A stretch of 64,000 bases of DNA from Glaucostegus cemiculus (Eukaryota), in contig CDPCPM010000280.1 in NCBI GenBank assembly GCA_976551045.1, positions 3,100,001-3,164,000 of the forward strand, read 5' to 3'. Both the position numbers and the translations under genes were made by a program. The notes below the pieces were generated by a model. It was not told the DNA's origin. It worked only from the letters and a program-made list of their open reading frames with translations, and ran no database searches. Each line of letters begins with the position of its first letter. The stretch's first letter is position 1. Positions 27,090 to 40,294 of this stretch are shown one piece after another.

Positions 27090-27432
27090 CGTAGCCTCAT
27101 CCCTCCCTATCTATGTATTCTCTCCTAATCTAAAACCCTCCAAATTATATATGCTCCTTACATTCAGGTCCCCTTGATCAAGTACACATTTAATTGCTGC
27201 ACTATTGGCAGCAGTGTTTTTAGCTGCCAAGGCCCCAAGCTCTGGAATTCTCTCCCTATACTTCTGGCTCTCTAACTTGAACATATTCACCTCTTAGACC
27301 AAGCATTTGGTCATCTGCCCTAATATCTCCATATGTGGTTCTACATCAAATGTTATTTCATAACTCTCTGTGAAGCTCCTTAGATTACTTTACTGCTTTA
27401 AAGTTGCTATATTAATATACTGTTGTTATTGA
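27090..27432 (+). mobile_element. L2-like 3' fragment
   Basis: tttagctgccaaggccccaagctctggaattctctccct (FSCQGPKLWNSLP), with a tail ending gttgttattg. Confidence 0.65.
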
Positions 27433-27514
27433 CTCAGGACCAACTGAAATTAAACCTGATATCTTGCTGGTCTATGTGGCTCAGTGTTAGTGTGGTAGGT
27501 TCACCTCTAGAAAG

Positions 27515-27900
27515 TGCAACAACAGCATCTTGCATTTCTATAGCATCTTTGATATAGTTAAAAAGGACAATTGCCAGGTAAAGTCGGACCATGTGAAACT
27601 TAACTAGATATTAGGATACATGGTTAAAGAGGCAATTTAGAGGAGCATCTTACTGGAGGTGACAGCGTTATAGTGGCTGGAGCAGGGGACGGGTGGTGGT
27701 GGAATTCCAGAGCTTACTGTCTTGGCAGCTAAAGGGACTGCCAACAAGAATCAAAAAGGAAATCAAGAAGCACATCGACAAGAATTAGATGAGTGCAGAG
27801 TGTTTTATAGCAGTGAAAGTGGACTGGGAGATAGGGAGAGATGATGGTGTGGAGAAATTTGAAAAAACATGGATAGTGCTCTAAAATTAGAAAAAATTTA
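27515..27900 (-). mobile_element. L2-like 3' fragment, inverted relative to 27090-27432
   Basis: ggaattccagagctt...cttggcagctaaa is the reverse complement of the motif in the upstream copy. Confidence 0.6.
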
Positions 27901-28819
27901 GAATAAATATGGTTTACCACCAACCGCATGCTTGGGTGCTTCACTCATGCAGTTTGGATGCCAGACCACGTAACCTATTGCTTGGAGATTATGCCAAACT
28001 GACATTCCAGGGCCAACAGAGATAACAAATATGAGAAAGTGGAGAGGGAGAGAAAACGGCACTTGGTGATTTTCCACATCTGTTTCACTTCTGTCAGACT
28101 CGGATTACAATGGAGGCAGCCCACAGCTGTTTACCTCTTTCCCCAACTGCTCCTTTCTCACAATTGCTGTGAGCCCTGCCTCTCTTGCCTGCGTCCGTAT
28201 CTGATCACTCCCTGTGTGCAGTCCATTCTAAGCCACACAAACACAGGATGTTCCTGCCAGACAGGACCCTTCTGTCAGCCGGGCCCTCCACTAAAATCGA
28301 GGGAAGTTATTAAAGCGACAGACTGGGAGGCAGAACAATGAACGGACTAAGTTTAGCTGTGAAACCTGGTCTCTTACTCCCTCTTAACAAAAAGCTCCTC
28401 TGTGTTATTTATTGGAGCTGGGAAAGGAATAAGAAATATTAAGTATATGTGCTATGCGTTAACATAAAAAAGTGCAATTTAAAGTGGCAGCTGAAATCAG
28501 GAGATCTCACTGAAAGACAATCACTTCCTCAGGGTAAAAAATACAGAAAGCAACTGTCAGAATAAGGCACTTGAATTAAAACTTTAGACTTCTAAGCACT
28601 TGAAAGCTCCCATATATAAACAAGAGCTTCACAATTCAACCAATTAAAAAAACCAAAGATCTTACAAACCATTCTGTAGATTAGAAACTGTAGTCCTACA
28701 AGGAAAGTCTTGAAAATCATACTAAATCCATTGGAACAGAGAAGTTCAAGTGGAGATTTAGTTAAAGGTTTGTACTATAGAAAAATATTTCTACCCTACA
28801 TGGGGAGTCAGTGCTGAGG

Positions 28820-29990
28820 GATATTCTAACCATCTTCCTTGTTTCCTTCACCCATGCCTCCACTAACAAATGCAAGGAATTCATGGTGTTCTTCATCAAT
28901 GAGATTGAAGCCATCAGCTTTGCAAATTCTAATGCTTCTCTTGCCCTAGTTTCTCTTATATTTCTCTTACTGCCCTCTCAGGATTTATCTTCACCCTGAG
29001 ACACATATGTTGCTGTCTTGGCCCTACATTGACCACTCAAATGGCTCCCATGTTCAAATATGTTGTCATCACCTCTCTCCTCAAAAGAAACCATCACATC
29101 ATCTACCTCACATAATTCACCAAAGTTTTTAAATCAGCCTTAGTCTCCCAAATTTGTCTGCCTTACCCAGAACTCCTTGTTTGAAAGCCACTTGTATTGA
29201 CCCTGCCATGATACCAAAATCACTCATATCAAAGTTGCTAATGGCAATAAGTGACAAAGGTAATTCATCCCTCTGTTCTTCCGCCATTGCCAGAATGACC
29301 ACATCACTCTCCTCTGAAACGTCTGCACTGTTGAGGTTGACCAATTGGTTAGCACCACATTCGCTTGGTTCTATTCTTATCCATGCAGTTATAGCCAGAG
29401 AACCACCAGTAATAACTCCTCTTCCTGAGGCTGAAGCATTAGCCAGGGCATCACCAAATTTTCGCCTCATCCTACTTCTCTATATGCTGACACTCAGAAA
29501 CAGCATCTGATGGATATAGATGTCAGTTTCCAAATGTGCACGTGATGCCCAGCTTCAGCTCTACCATTCCTCACCCCTTTACTGTTTCCAAATTGTCAGA
29601 TTGTTGGACCTGCATCCAATACTGGATGAGCAGAAATTTCCTCCTACTGAATACTGGGAAGATTAAATCTTTCATCTTATCACAAACTCCATTCCCTATG
29701 CATCATCTCCATCACTCTCTCTTGCAACAGTCGGAATCACGTTTTTATATTCTTGCTTGATATTTGACTGCAAGATAATCCTTGGTCCATATATCTATGC
29801 AAGCATTAGAAACACCTCTGTGACACCTACTTCTGGGATCATCCCTATCACAGCTCATCAACTTCTAAACTTGGCTATTGAAACACACAACTAGCCAACC
29901 TTCCTTGTCATCTAAAACACAGCTGCTCTTGTTCTAACATGCACCATGCTTCTCCTTCACAGATTGCCTCTGTGCTTCCTGACCAACATT
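28820..29990 (+). mobile_element. Decayed L2-clade LINE RT fragment
   Basis: Degenerate HSTETALxKVxND-like segment (catgataccaaaatcactcatatcaaagttgctaatg), LLLYML, and WMSRNFLLLNTGK (L2 WM..NFL.LN..KTE). Confidence 0.65.
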
Positions 29991-30910
29991 AGGGTGAGGT
30001 TCAAGATCAATGTCAGTAGGTGAAATCTGTTGCCAGCATTCATGTAGGAGTTGATGCTGCATTTTCTGATAACGTTGCCAAGGGAAAGAGAGACTCAGCA
30101 TGTGGAATTTGTCTTGGGCTGCTCTAACAAGGGGTCAGTGAAGAGGCTGAATTGCCATCTTCTTGACTAAAGTGGCTACATTATGAATGATGTCACTGCA
30201 GTTCTTACTGGGGAATTGCTTCAAATGTTACTACTTTAGTACTACTAGCTTCAATCTCTAGTGAAGTTCACTGATTTTTGATGTTACCATTTGGAAAGAG
30301 ATCACGATGACCCATATCGCAGTATCCCATCTGAATATTCACCCTGGTTTGAACATGCATTGCTAAATACTGCAGGCTGTTTGTTGCTGACAACATCAGA
30401 GGGAACCACTGCCCCCATAACGTACACTTTCCAGCCAAGATACTATTGGGAGCAAGACCTGGAGATTATGCCTCTCCCTTTCCCACGGACGCTGAGGTAA
30501 TTTGCAGAAAGCTAACATTCCTCCTAAGGCTGAGATCAGGCAACTCATCATAACCTGCAGGAATCAGTTGCAATGTAATGCAGGGCATGTAAAAATTCAA
30601 CATCCTTTAAAAGATCTGGGCTTTCACCAAGGAATGCCTGGTTTTACTGTTATGGAATACAATAGTGATGAATATAAAATCTAATGCTTAAGGCAACAGA
30701 AAACATAGTGAAACATGAAATAATATTCTTGTGTCTTTAAAAATATACCTGTTTCTTATTTAACTTAATCAATAGAAATATTTTTTCCATAAAGATACTC
30801 TCCAATTACTGTTGCTACACTGATCCACTCCAGATAACATTAACATGTCAATGAAGGCTAACATTTCAGCTAAATTTCTTAAGAAACATTCAGATGGTAA
30901 CTTGGTGTAC

Positions 30911-30998
30911 CTGAGGGTGGAACAGAAGTGGGTTTGGGCGCAGATATTTCTCCTTCAATGAGTTCAGGGGATCCATCATTTTCCTTTTCTCCACCCTG
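30911..30998 (-). CDS. PRDM16: PRDM16 exon 10 (88 bp, or 85 bp from the second AG): (S)[29 protein letters not shown]
   Basis: Acceptor tccag|CAG|G and donor CAG|gtacac. Matches the RVEKRK..DP...[15 protein letters not shown] motif. Confidence 0.94.
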
Positions 30999-33306
30999 CT
31001 GGACCGAGAAGTAAAGAGTTAAATCAACGCTCAGCATTTCCCAAACAAAATCCTACCTCTCACAGGGCCACTTGGGAACAATGTTAAGGAAAGATGCACA
31101 CTTACGCTGTGTAGTGCAGGTGGTTCCAGCTGAAAGAGAAAAGCAAAGGTTGGGATGAAATCCTGGCTGTGGTATCTTCTGGTGCAAGGTAGGAAAGGAT
31201 TGCAGCTCCCTTTTTTTCCACAGCTTTCACCTGATGAGCAGCTGAATCACTGGGACCATGTTCACAATTGCCATGTGAACAAAGCATCTCATATTTTAAA
31301 CAGGAAGCCTACACTTTTTGGACAAATCTGTTCTTGCAAAATGAGTGACAAAGATAAGGTTACATTTGCTGCACATTTCACTGCTCTGACCTCATCAAGA
31401 GTCAATTGCATCATGTGGGGCTGGATTTACATGTAAACCAGTTTGCTTGGGTTTTTAGTAACTGTAAACTTGTGTGGCCATCAATTGCTTATTATGAGCA
31501 CACAAATGACCTGATCTATCGAATTGAATTTTGTAACCCACCATAGTGGTTTTGGATCTTGGGATCTCTACTATTCCATTACTGTAATCACCATACATAC
31601 TTCTTGCACAATAAAACCAGAAAAGAATGCAGGAAGAAAATTTCTGTGGAACGGTAAAATTTTTTACCGGCTTGCAAAGCTCTCAGAAGAAAGATATCTT
31701 AATCCTTTCTCTCCGTCTTAATTCCTTTTCCTGAAGGCAATGGTACTTGCTCGAGTATAGCTCCATTAGTACCCCTCCAGTAGTTCACCCATTCTTAATG
31801 TTTAACACTCAATGGTGAGTATAAGATTGAACTATTTAACTCTAGAAGGCATCACAGCTAAGTCCAGTCCTGTTGACAAACACGTCCCATCACAGGTCAC
31901 TGGACAGCAATAATGAGTTGTAATGGTGAATGATTTCTTTCTCCAATAATCACATTTACCATGACCCAACACTGCCCTGGCTGAGATCGACTACATTATC
32001 ATAGATCTGGGATTGAAATAGAGAACTCTCAATGGAGGAAAGGATTATGAAATTATTAAAATATTCAAAAGCTCCATTTCAATATGGAATAAATCCCTCA
32101 TTGTTCTGTACATTTATTGGGGTACGTTGAATGTCATCTAATTTGTAACTTCTTTCAGAAGATAAATAAGTTTTATTATAATTTGGCCATAACCTGGCAT
32201 ACCCCAGGATTATATCAATCAAGCATTAACGTGCCTTATTATTCTATCCCATCCATCAGCCTCTGACCTACATCATTGGCAGCAAATTTACCAAGTGTGT
32301 TGGCATGACACAAAATTCAGCATTGCTGCCTATGTGAGACCAATTCCCTATTGCTTTCTTTGAATCAATTATTTTTTTGTAAGATCATTAAAGCCTTTCT
32401 TTTATTCAGCATAATCAAATGGCCTTCTAAGGGGAACTGGTAACCCAGATGTACTTTATACAATTGGTGTGAGCAATGAATGTTGGCAGGTTGTTGGAGG
32501 ACCTCACAGTCTGATGTAGACGGGTGTGCATGTACTCACTCACCAAACACACACAGACACACACGTGCATGCAAACATAATGGTTACTTAACTTATGAAT
32601 GAAAAATTGACATTATTTATAACCTGAAGTTAATTCACCTGAATTGAGACAGTATAACGTAAGTGAAATATTCCCAGTGTAATTTTGGGTTTGTATGGGT
32701 GCATTGGCCCTTGCACATTATCAATCTGTGGTTCAAATACAGTGAATTTCACAGTTCAGATAAATGCCACCAAGTTGGATAAAGGAGTATTTGCAGCACT
32801 TGATATTCAAAATCATGATAGGGCTCATTAATTTTGAAATTTCTCTCCAGTTTTCACATCTCAGTTCTGTTCAGAAGGCAGGAATGGACAGTGGAGAACT
32901 CTCCAGTATTATCACAAAGTGACTGTTATTAACCTTTGAGACAAACTATCCAACTGTGAGTAACGTGACATCCAACATGATGCTAACTTCCTGCTACCTT
33001 TCCTGTCTACAATGAAGGCATATTCCTCTTCAGCTCACATGTAAGTGGAGATGTGGGGAGGAGAGGGGTGGAGCAACGGTGTGAGGGGAGATGGGCTGTG
33101 AGCAGCCATGGAATTTTTCCCAATTTAAGAAAAGGAAGGGAGAAAACTGAAGATCATATCATGCCTCAAAAGTAATATACAACTGAAGAAAAATCTCCAT
33201 AAACATTTCATGAAATACTTTTTCTCTTAATGAAACAGTTCAAACAGAAACAATGGTAGTATCCTCTGAAAGAAGGCTTAATGTGTACTATAGGATCTAC
33301 GAATAC

Positions 33307-34690
33307 CTGTAGATGGGATCCATGAAAAAGGGTGATGGCTTTGCATAATGAAAGGGTTGCTGGTGCGGCACCTTGGGTAGCTCATCATTGATCATCATTT
33401 TGCGTTCACCAAACACGTGGTTCTTCCTGGGCTCTCCAGGGCCATTTTGACTGACCCGGCTGCGACTACTTATACTCAGGTCCAGCGGCTGCTCCTCTCC
33501 AGAAAGCGAGGACACCATGAGCTTGGATGCAGGGTGGGGCTTTGCTTCTTTCCGTTTTGTGGTAAGGTCAAAGGGTGACTCAGAGCTTGTAGTCCCACTT
33601 TTCTGGTGCTCCCTGGGTGACTTTGGCTCATTTTTCACCAAAAGGTTAGGATTGAGATTTCGGTCCGTGAAAGGATATATGGAATGTGGGAAGTTTGGGA
33701 AGAGCTGGAACGGAAACATAGAGTGGTATGGAAGTGATCCCATTTTCTTCTCTTGCATTCCCATGAAACCAGTGCCAAAGTACTTCTCTGCAATGGACGC
33801 AATAGCTTTAATGGAATCGTTAGCAGCACTGGTCGGAAGGCTCTGTTCATCGGGAGGAGGAAAGAAGGAATGTTGGGATGGAAGATACTGTGTCCGTTCA
33901 TCAATTTCGTTGTTCGAGTTGATGGAGACTGAAGTGACTTTATCAGTTCCTTTGGCTGACAGACTGGCCTTTTCCTTCCTTTTATCTCCATCACTCTCTA
34001 CATCACTGTCCAAATCAGACCCAGTGCCTGTGGTTGTTTCCAGGTCAGTCCCACTTGTTGTGTTGATGTCTTCAAAGTCACTACCTTCCGATAAGTCAGT
34101 GTTTTTTACTTTGTTTTTCTCTGTGAAACAATTTTCAGATCGAATATTGTTTTTTCCTTCTAAAGGGGTATCTCTGTCGTTGAACGTTGAGCCCAGGGAA
34201 GACGCTTGTGATACAGAGGGATTTCCCATGGGGCTCTGGACACTTGCATCAATATCGTGATTTAAGCAGCCTTTTAACAATGCATTGCTTGGCAATACAG
34301 GAGCTCTGGGATACAACGAATGGGGGAAAAGGCCTGGGAAGCCTGGAGCTAGAGCTGGAAATGTGGCTGTTGGTGAGAAGGGCAATCCCGTTGGGTGTTG
34401 GCGTGAGGGAAAATAATCATTAAACCCCAGGGAAGTATGGTTAAGAGAGGATGTAGGCTTTGATTTGTCCAGCATGGCACTGGGAGTGAGTGGCAGACCT
34501 TGAGGAAACATTGAACTGGGATTATAATGGTTCTTGCCCTCACAAAACCTACGGTGCTTGTTCAGTGAGGAGGTTGTGCTGAACATCTGGCCACAGTCTT
34601 TGCACTTTATCTGTGTCCGACAATCGGCATGCATTCTTTTATGTCGACAAAGGTTGGAGAACTGAGTGTATGATTTGTGACAGACCTCAC
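33307..34690 (-). CDS. PRDM16: PRDM16 exon 9 (1384 bp): last two N-terminal fingers, proline-rich region, DSIKAIASIAEKYF motif, CtBP motifs PFDLT (33561-33575) and PLDLS (33474-33488)
   Basis: Lies in the 469-aa ORF 33297..34706. Acceptor ttgcag|GT and donor TACAG|gtattc. Diagnostic PRDM16/MECOM motifs. Confidence 0.97.
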
Positions 34691-36254
34691 CTGCAATTAA
34701 ATACAAAGGAGAGATGTAGTATAATTTTTTTCATACACAATTCTAATAATATGGTCACATGAGCACACAAGACTTAGGTATTAATTGCTACCTACTCAAG
34801 CCATATGCCTAGGTAAGAGTTTAGTCAGGCCACACCCAACTAATTATGATATATGCCACTGAATTCCTCCAAGGAAGCACATGTCATAATTGGAGATAAG
34901 CTGAAAGGTCACTTGCCACTATGGATCACTTCAACTGAGCATAAGGCACAACTGCTCGTTTTAATTCTGTATTTAAGTAATGTATTTTAATTTACCCACT
35001 CACACAGGATATTGAATAATGATTGGAAAAAGTGAAATCTTGTGCTTTTTGGGCTGTTTCCCACAAAGGGCAAAGGGCAAAAGAGACCTGGAATGTGTAG
35101 GAACACCATGGGAATGGTTTGTTAACAGAATAAAATTAAATTGGAACATCCCAAAGAAAAGGAGAGAATAAAAAGACTTGGCCAACTGGAAAGAGTTTTT
35201 GCCATATTCACAAAGATAGTGCCCAGAATAATACAATGTAGAAGGGAAAAAATGCATATCAGTGTTCCTTCTAACATGTTGTTATGTTACTTTCTAGATT
35301 TATTTTCATATTACCTTTCAGTTACCAATTGCAAATAAATTCTATAGGATTGTATTTCTTTTGTGAATGTTTAATAAGTTGGTTGATGTGTCCTTATTTT
35401 GTCCGCACTGTTTTACTGACTATAATAGAGCTTAGAGGAGGGATAATGCTGTTTTTCACTTCTCCTTGTCTCTCCCTGACTTCAATAGATAAAATAGTGC
35501 ACAAAGGAACGCAACAAAAGCAAATTAGCTAACGTCAAAATTGTTACTAAATGAAATCCTTCTGTAACTAGTCATACAAAAATGTACAAGGAAGAGCAAG
35601 GCAGTCTCATATCCTCAAATCAAAATCAGTTTTTTGTTCTCTGAGGGCAATGAAAAATGACTACCTTCATTTATAAGGAATGACCAGGCTTAAAAATGAG
35701 GTGAGGTACTTAGTGATAACACTGGTTATGGGTGACAATATACTCCTGTGCTTCAACAGCTATACAAAAAAAGATTTCTTACCATCACTCTGTGTCCATG
35801 CTTGTCCCTGCCTCCTATCTGTCAATATCATACAGATAAATAAAATTACAATATAATCAGACCAATTCTAAATCCTCTCATACTAACTAATACTAAGTAC
35901 TGTCACAGTAAGAGATTGCAGCTGTACATTGGAATATGTTTACCACCCCCACTCCACATCCACCTCACTCCCTCTCCAAGGGGATTACAACTGCCATGGG
36001 CCACCCAACTGGTTGATAGCAGGATGCTTCTCTGCATGATGATGGGACTGCTGGCAACTGAGATTTTCCTTTCTTCCTTTCAATCTTTTGCCTTCCTCCC
36101 CAAAGATGAAGATGCACAATCTTTGCAGCTCAATGACTGGAGTATTGTCAAGCTCAAATAATATTTTTGAGATTTAAATAGGATCCTCTAAATCTATCCA
36201 ACATTCCACTGCTATACAACAAAATTAAGAGCAGCAGCCTTCTTAACTAATGAA

Positions 36255-36760
36255 AGAATTATAGAAATTCACGGCACAAAAGAGTTATACAGCCCGACCT
36301 GTCCCTGGTCTACATTTTGGTTCACAGCCTTGTCAATTACAGTATATTAAGTGATATCTAAGTAATTTTTAAATGTGATGAAATTTTCCACCTCAACCAC
36401 CTTTTCTGAGAGTGAGTTGTAAACATCCACTGCCCTCTAAATATAAATATTGTTCCTTCAAATCCTTCGTATAACCATGTCCCCTATTATTGAACAAGGT
36501 GAAATATGTGTTTTCTACTCAATCTGCCTGGACTCCTTATAGCCATATACTTGAATTAATTGTCCTCATCCTCCCCTGTTCCTAGCCCGGCCAATCCTTC
36601 TGTAGAACTAAAATTCTCCAGCCTGCCGACATCCTCATAAATCTCCTCAGCACTCTCCCGAGTGCAGTGCAATCACATCCTTCCTATAATATGGTAAACA
36701 GAATGAAACACAAACTCTTAGCTGTAGCCTAACTAATGTATAAAAGGTTTTTCTTATCTA
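36255..36760 (-). mobile_element. Decayed CR1 3' fragment
   Basis: Reverse-complement CR1 motifs (cctcaaccacctt, atcctcataaatctcctcagcactctc, atcacatccttcctataatatgg). Confidence 0.6.
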
Positions 36761-36989
36761 CATGCTCCATTTTTCTTTAGTATAGAATTTTCCTGGTCTG
36801 GTACAATTGGAACAGTGTCTATCCAATCTGTATCTTAAGTAAATACTTAAGTGATATCTCCTCAAAGATGGCCATTGCTGATTTGCCACTGTACATTGGA
36901 CACTTTCATTATAAGACAAGGAAAATAACTAGAAGCAGGAGTAGATAAAATGGCTGCTCCTCTGTGTTCCACAGTTAGCATAGAGTCAG

Positions 36990-37685
36990 AAACTCCACAC
37001 AGTACTATATCTGTGGTCTTATCAGCATTCTGAAAGAAACTGCAGAAAAGATTCCTAATTTTTTTACACCTTTTCAATAAAGCCTAACATTCAACTTGTT
37101 CTCCCAGCAATTATACCTGCATAATAATGTTCTGCATTTCATAAACCAGTACACCAATTCCACTTGGTTCATCAACATCTACTATTTCCTCACTATGTAA
37201 AAACATTCTGTTTTGTCCCACCAAAGTGAATTATCTCCCATTTCCATGTCAACTGGTTTCACTTGACAATAACCATTTGCAGACTTAGAACTCAATTTCT
37301 AGCCTAGTTTCACACCATCAATGGAGATATTACTTGGAGATATTACATTCTGATTCATCTAATCTGTTAAAATGGATTGTAAATTGCAGAGGACTCAGTT
37401 CTGATTCTGTTTCAGATTGATATCCCTCTGTAGCAACCTGTCTAAACTGAAAAGTACATACTTATTTCTACTCTTTGTTTTCTGTCCTATAGCCATCATT
37501 TATTCCACAACCTCAAGAGGTCTTGCACTTTAATGTGACATCCTTTTGAGTGGTACCTTTTTAAATACCTTTTGAAAATCCAGATATACTACATCCACTG
37601 GTTTTCCTTTATCTAGCCTATTTACATTGTTGTAAAATCTATAGACTTGTCAAACATGATTTCTTTCAATAAATCATGTCCAATT
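36990..37685 (-). mobile_element. Decayed CR1 RT fragment
   Basis: aaataccttttgaaaatccagata reads YLDFQKVF on the minus strand; ttgtcaaacatgattt is also CR1-like. Confidence 0.6.
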
Positions 37686-40294
37686 TTCCATGCCTTGTTG
37701 AGATTGACTTGTCTTACTTGAGCATCACTGATCTTTATGCCACTGTCCAGAAAAGCAGCACAATGTTTTAGAACAATGTGTAGAGAAATGAATTTATGAA
37801 ATATTAATTCATGGATTTTAACATGTTATTAAACATTTTACATTTGTATGCATTTTTTAATCTAAGGAATTTGACTTGCTGTTTTGTTGTAACTTGGTGT
37901 CAGCTTTTCTCCCCAGTGTAAATTCACATGCACACATTCTTTGTGTAAACTGATTGTGTTGATTGCACAATCTGGACAATTTATATCAAAATTTTGTATT
38001 TCAATACTTTTGAAAAACTCTAGAGGGGTATCTGCTAGTTAAACAAAAACATACTCAGTACAACTGAAGAACAGCATTGATGCACCCTGTTCAATTAGAT
38101 ACAGTGCACATGCTGTGATTGCACAAATCAAAGTTAGTTGAAAGATTTCCAGCTTTATACAGAAGCATCAAGTTTGAGCTTGGGGATTTGGGAGAAGTGA
38201 GGCCTTCAAATAAAAGCTTTTATGATGGCATTTAAAAATACAAAGGATTTTTTTTCCATCTTTTTTGCATCTTTACTGTAGAAGTTTTAGTTATTGAGGG
38301 AGAAAATAATGGATACAAAGAACATTTCAGGAAGCACTTTGAGCTATTTGTGGGATTGAAGAATTATGGTAATCGGTTTGCTGAAGCACACAAGACAGTG
38401 AAGTCAGGACAGTTGAGTGACCTCTCAGCTTATCAATTGTTGTGGAAAATAGCACTGACTTTCAAGAAAATACATTATAAAATACATTATAAATGTGAAC
38501 ATATTAATTTATAATGGGAAAAAGATGGCACAAAAATGTGACAACTGGAAGTTCAGCTGTACGGATAGGAGGTATATGCAAATGTTAAGAATTTTATGAG
38601 ATAGATATAATTCAATAAGATAGATATACCTCAATGGATGAACTTCAAGATGATCCCCCGCTAGTACTCAATTTCATGGTCCATTCCAGACAATGGGAGT
38701 GAAAATAGTTCTGTGTGCTAATTCTTCAATCAAGCAGAAAATAAAATAGGCTGCTGATTCTTGACTGCCCATTTGGGGTACTGCAGGAAGTCAATTTTCC
38801 TTGTAATATATTTATCATTACAAGCTAAAGGCTGAAGAAAACACAGACCTGAACTATAGATTTTGCTTCTTGCTCTATTCTGAATTAATGGAAATCCCTT
38901 AATCTCTGATGTGCTTTCTAACTGTGTCATCCAATTCATTCATAGGCAACAAGGGTACCCATAGGAAATTAGCAACAAAATCAAAAATATCTTTACTTTG
39001 AGAGGTGTGGCCTTCTCATAGTGAAAACAACCATTTGTAGTTTGAAAGGTTTCCCTTTGACCATTCAGTTTGGATGGATGTTTTACCTCTTGAACTCATG
39101 CAGATCTCACATATGCATGCTCATCCCAGTCACTACTGACAACAGATCCACACAACAGCACAACTCAGTGGCACTGCCAAAGTCCACAGAAGTCCTTCAA
39201 AAAGTCATTTCAAATATTACTCACTTGGCTTGAGTAAGGACACAAGAAAGTGAAGCCAGCAGTGACCTCTCAGCTTATCAATTGTTGTAGATTATAGTAC
39301 TGAGTCTCATTCTCATAGTGACTCATCAAAGTTTAAGATTTAATTTGATGGCTTACTTAAATTAATATCAACCCAATCTAGTTAATAATATGACTAACCA
39401 CATTAAAGCACTTTGGTGAATACATTTCATAGAGAAAACAAGTTAAAAAAAGCATTTATTTGGAGTATTTCTGGAATTCAAGAAAATCCCCTAATAGTAT
39501 GAAAGTTAGGTTGCAGTGATATATAAATAATTTACGCAGAATCAAATACTGAATACATAATCAGGTTATTACCTGTACTACACGGGTAAGGATACTGAGG
39601 TTGGTGTGGGTGTGGGCCAAAGCAAATGGTATTTTATCCTTTATGTGGGTATTCCAGGTTAGGAATGTGTGATCAAATGTTTCATTACTTCAGTTCTGAT
39701 ATCCCTCAGAACTGAGCAGTAGTGCAGGCCAGTCAGACACAAAATCTACCCCAAGGGGAGACAAAATCTGTGAAATTTATGCTCTGAACTATTTGAACTT
39801 ATTGATCCAAAATGGCAATAATGAAATGGAAATGAAATGTGGTTGAGCACAGTCCAAACTGAGGCACCCGCGAAGTGGCCTTTGAGATGATCTGATCTCT
39901 CACTATTAGCAGACATTTCGCTGTGTTCTGTTGCAGCAATATGTCTGGTAATAGTGATAAATACAAACTTTCTGCAATTAGGGCAAAATTTTCTTTAAGT
40001 AGCTGACACTTTAGTTTAAAATCAGATCAGGGAGCATCACTGGCAGTGCCCCAATAAATGGAAAAGGATCCTGAAAGCTTGTATAGAAACACTGCAGGTT
40101 ATTAACAATCCTGCCAGTATTGGAAGGGGGATCTGTAAGTATGCCAATATTTATCAGGTCTCCCACACAGAAAGGTTTGAAAACCTTGATACTGAAAAAC
40201 AGCTTATGTGGGAATTTACATAATTTGTGGATATCTGTGTTTACATAGGCTTATGTCTCTGTAAAAAAAACAGAGTTGAATGAAAAGAAAACAG

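Noticed and set aside
33517-34260. 247-aa plus-strand ORF
   Set aside because: Antisense shadow of PRDM16 exon 9, with no recognisable domain or independent gene signals.
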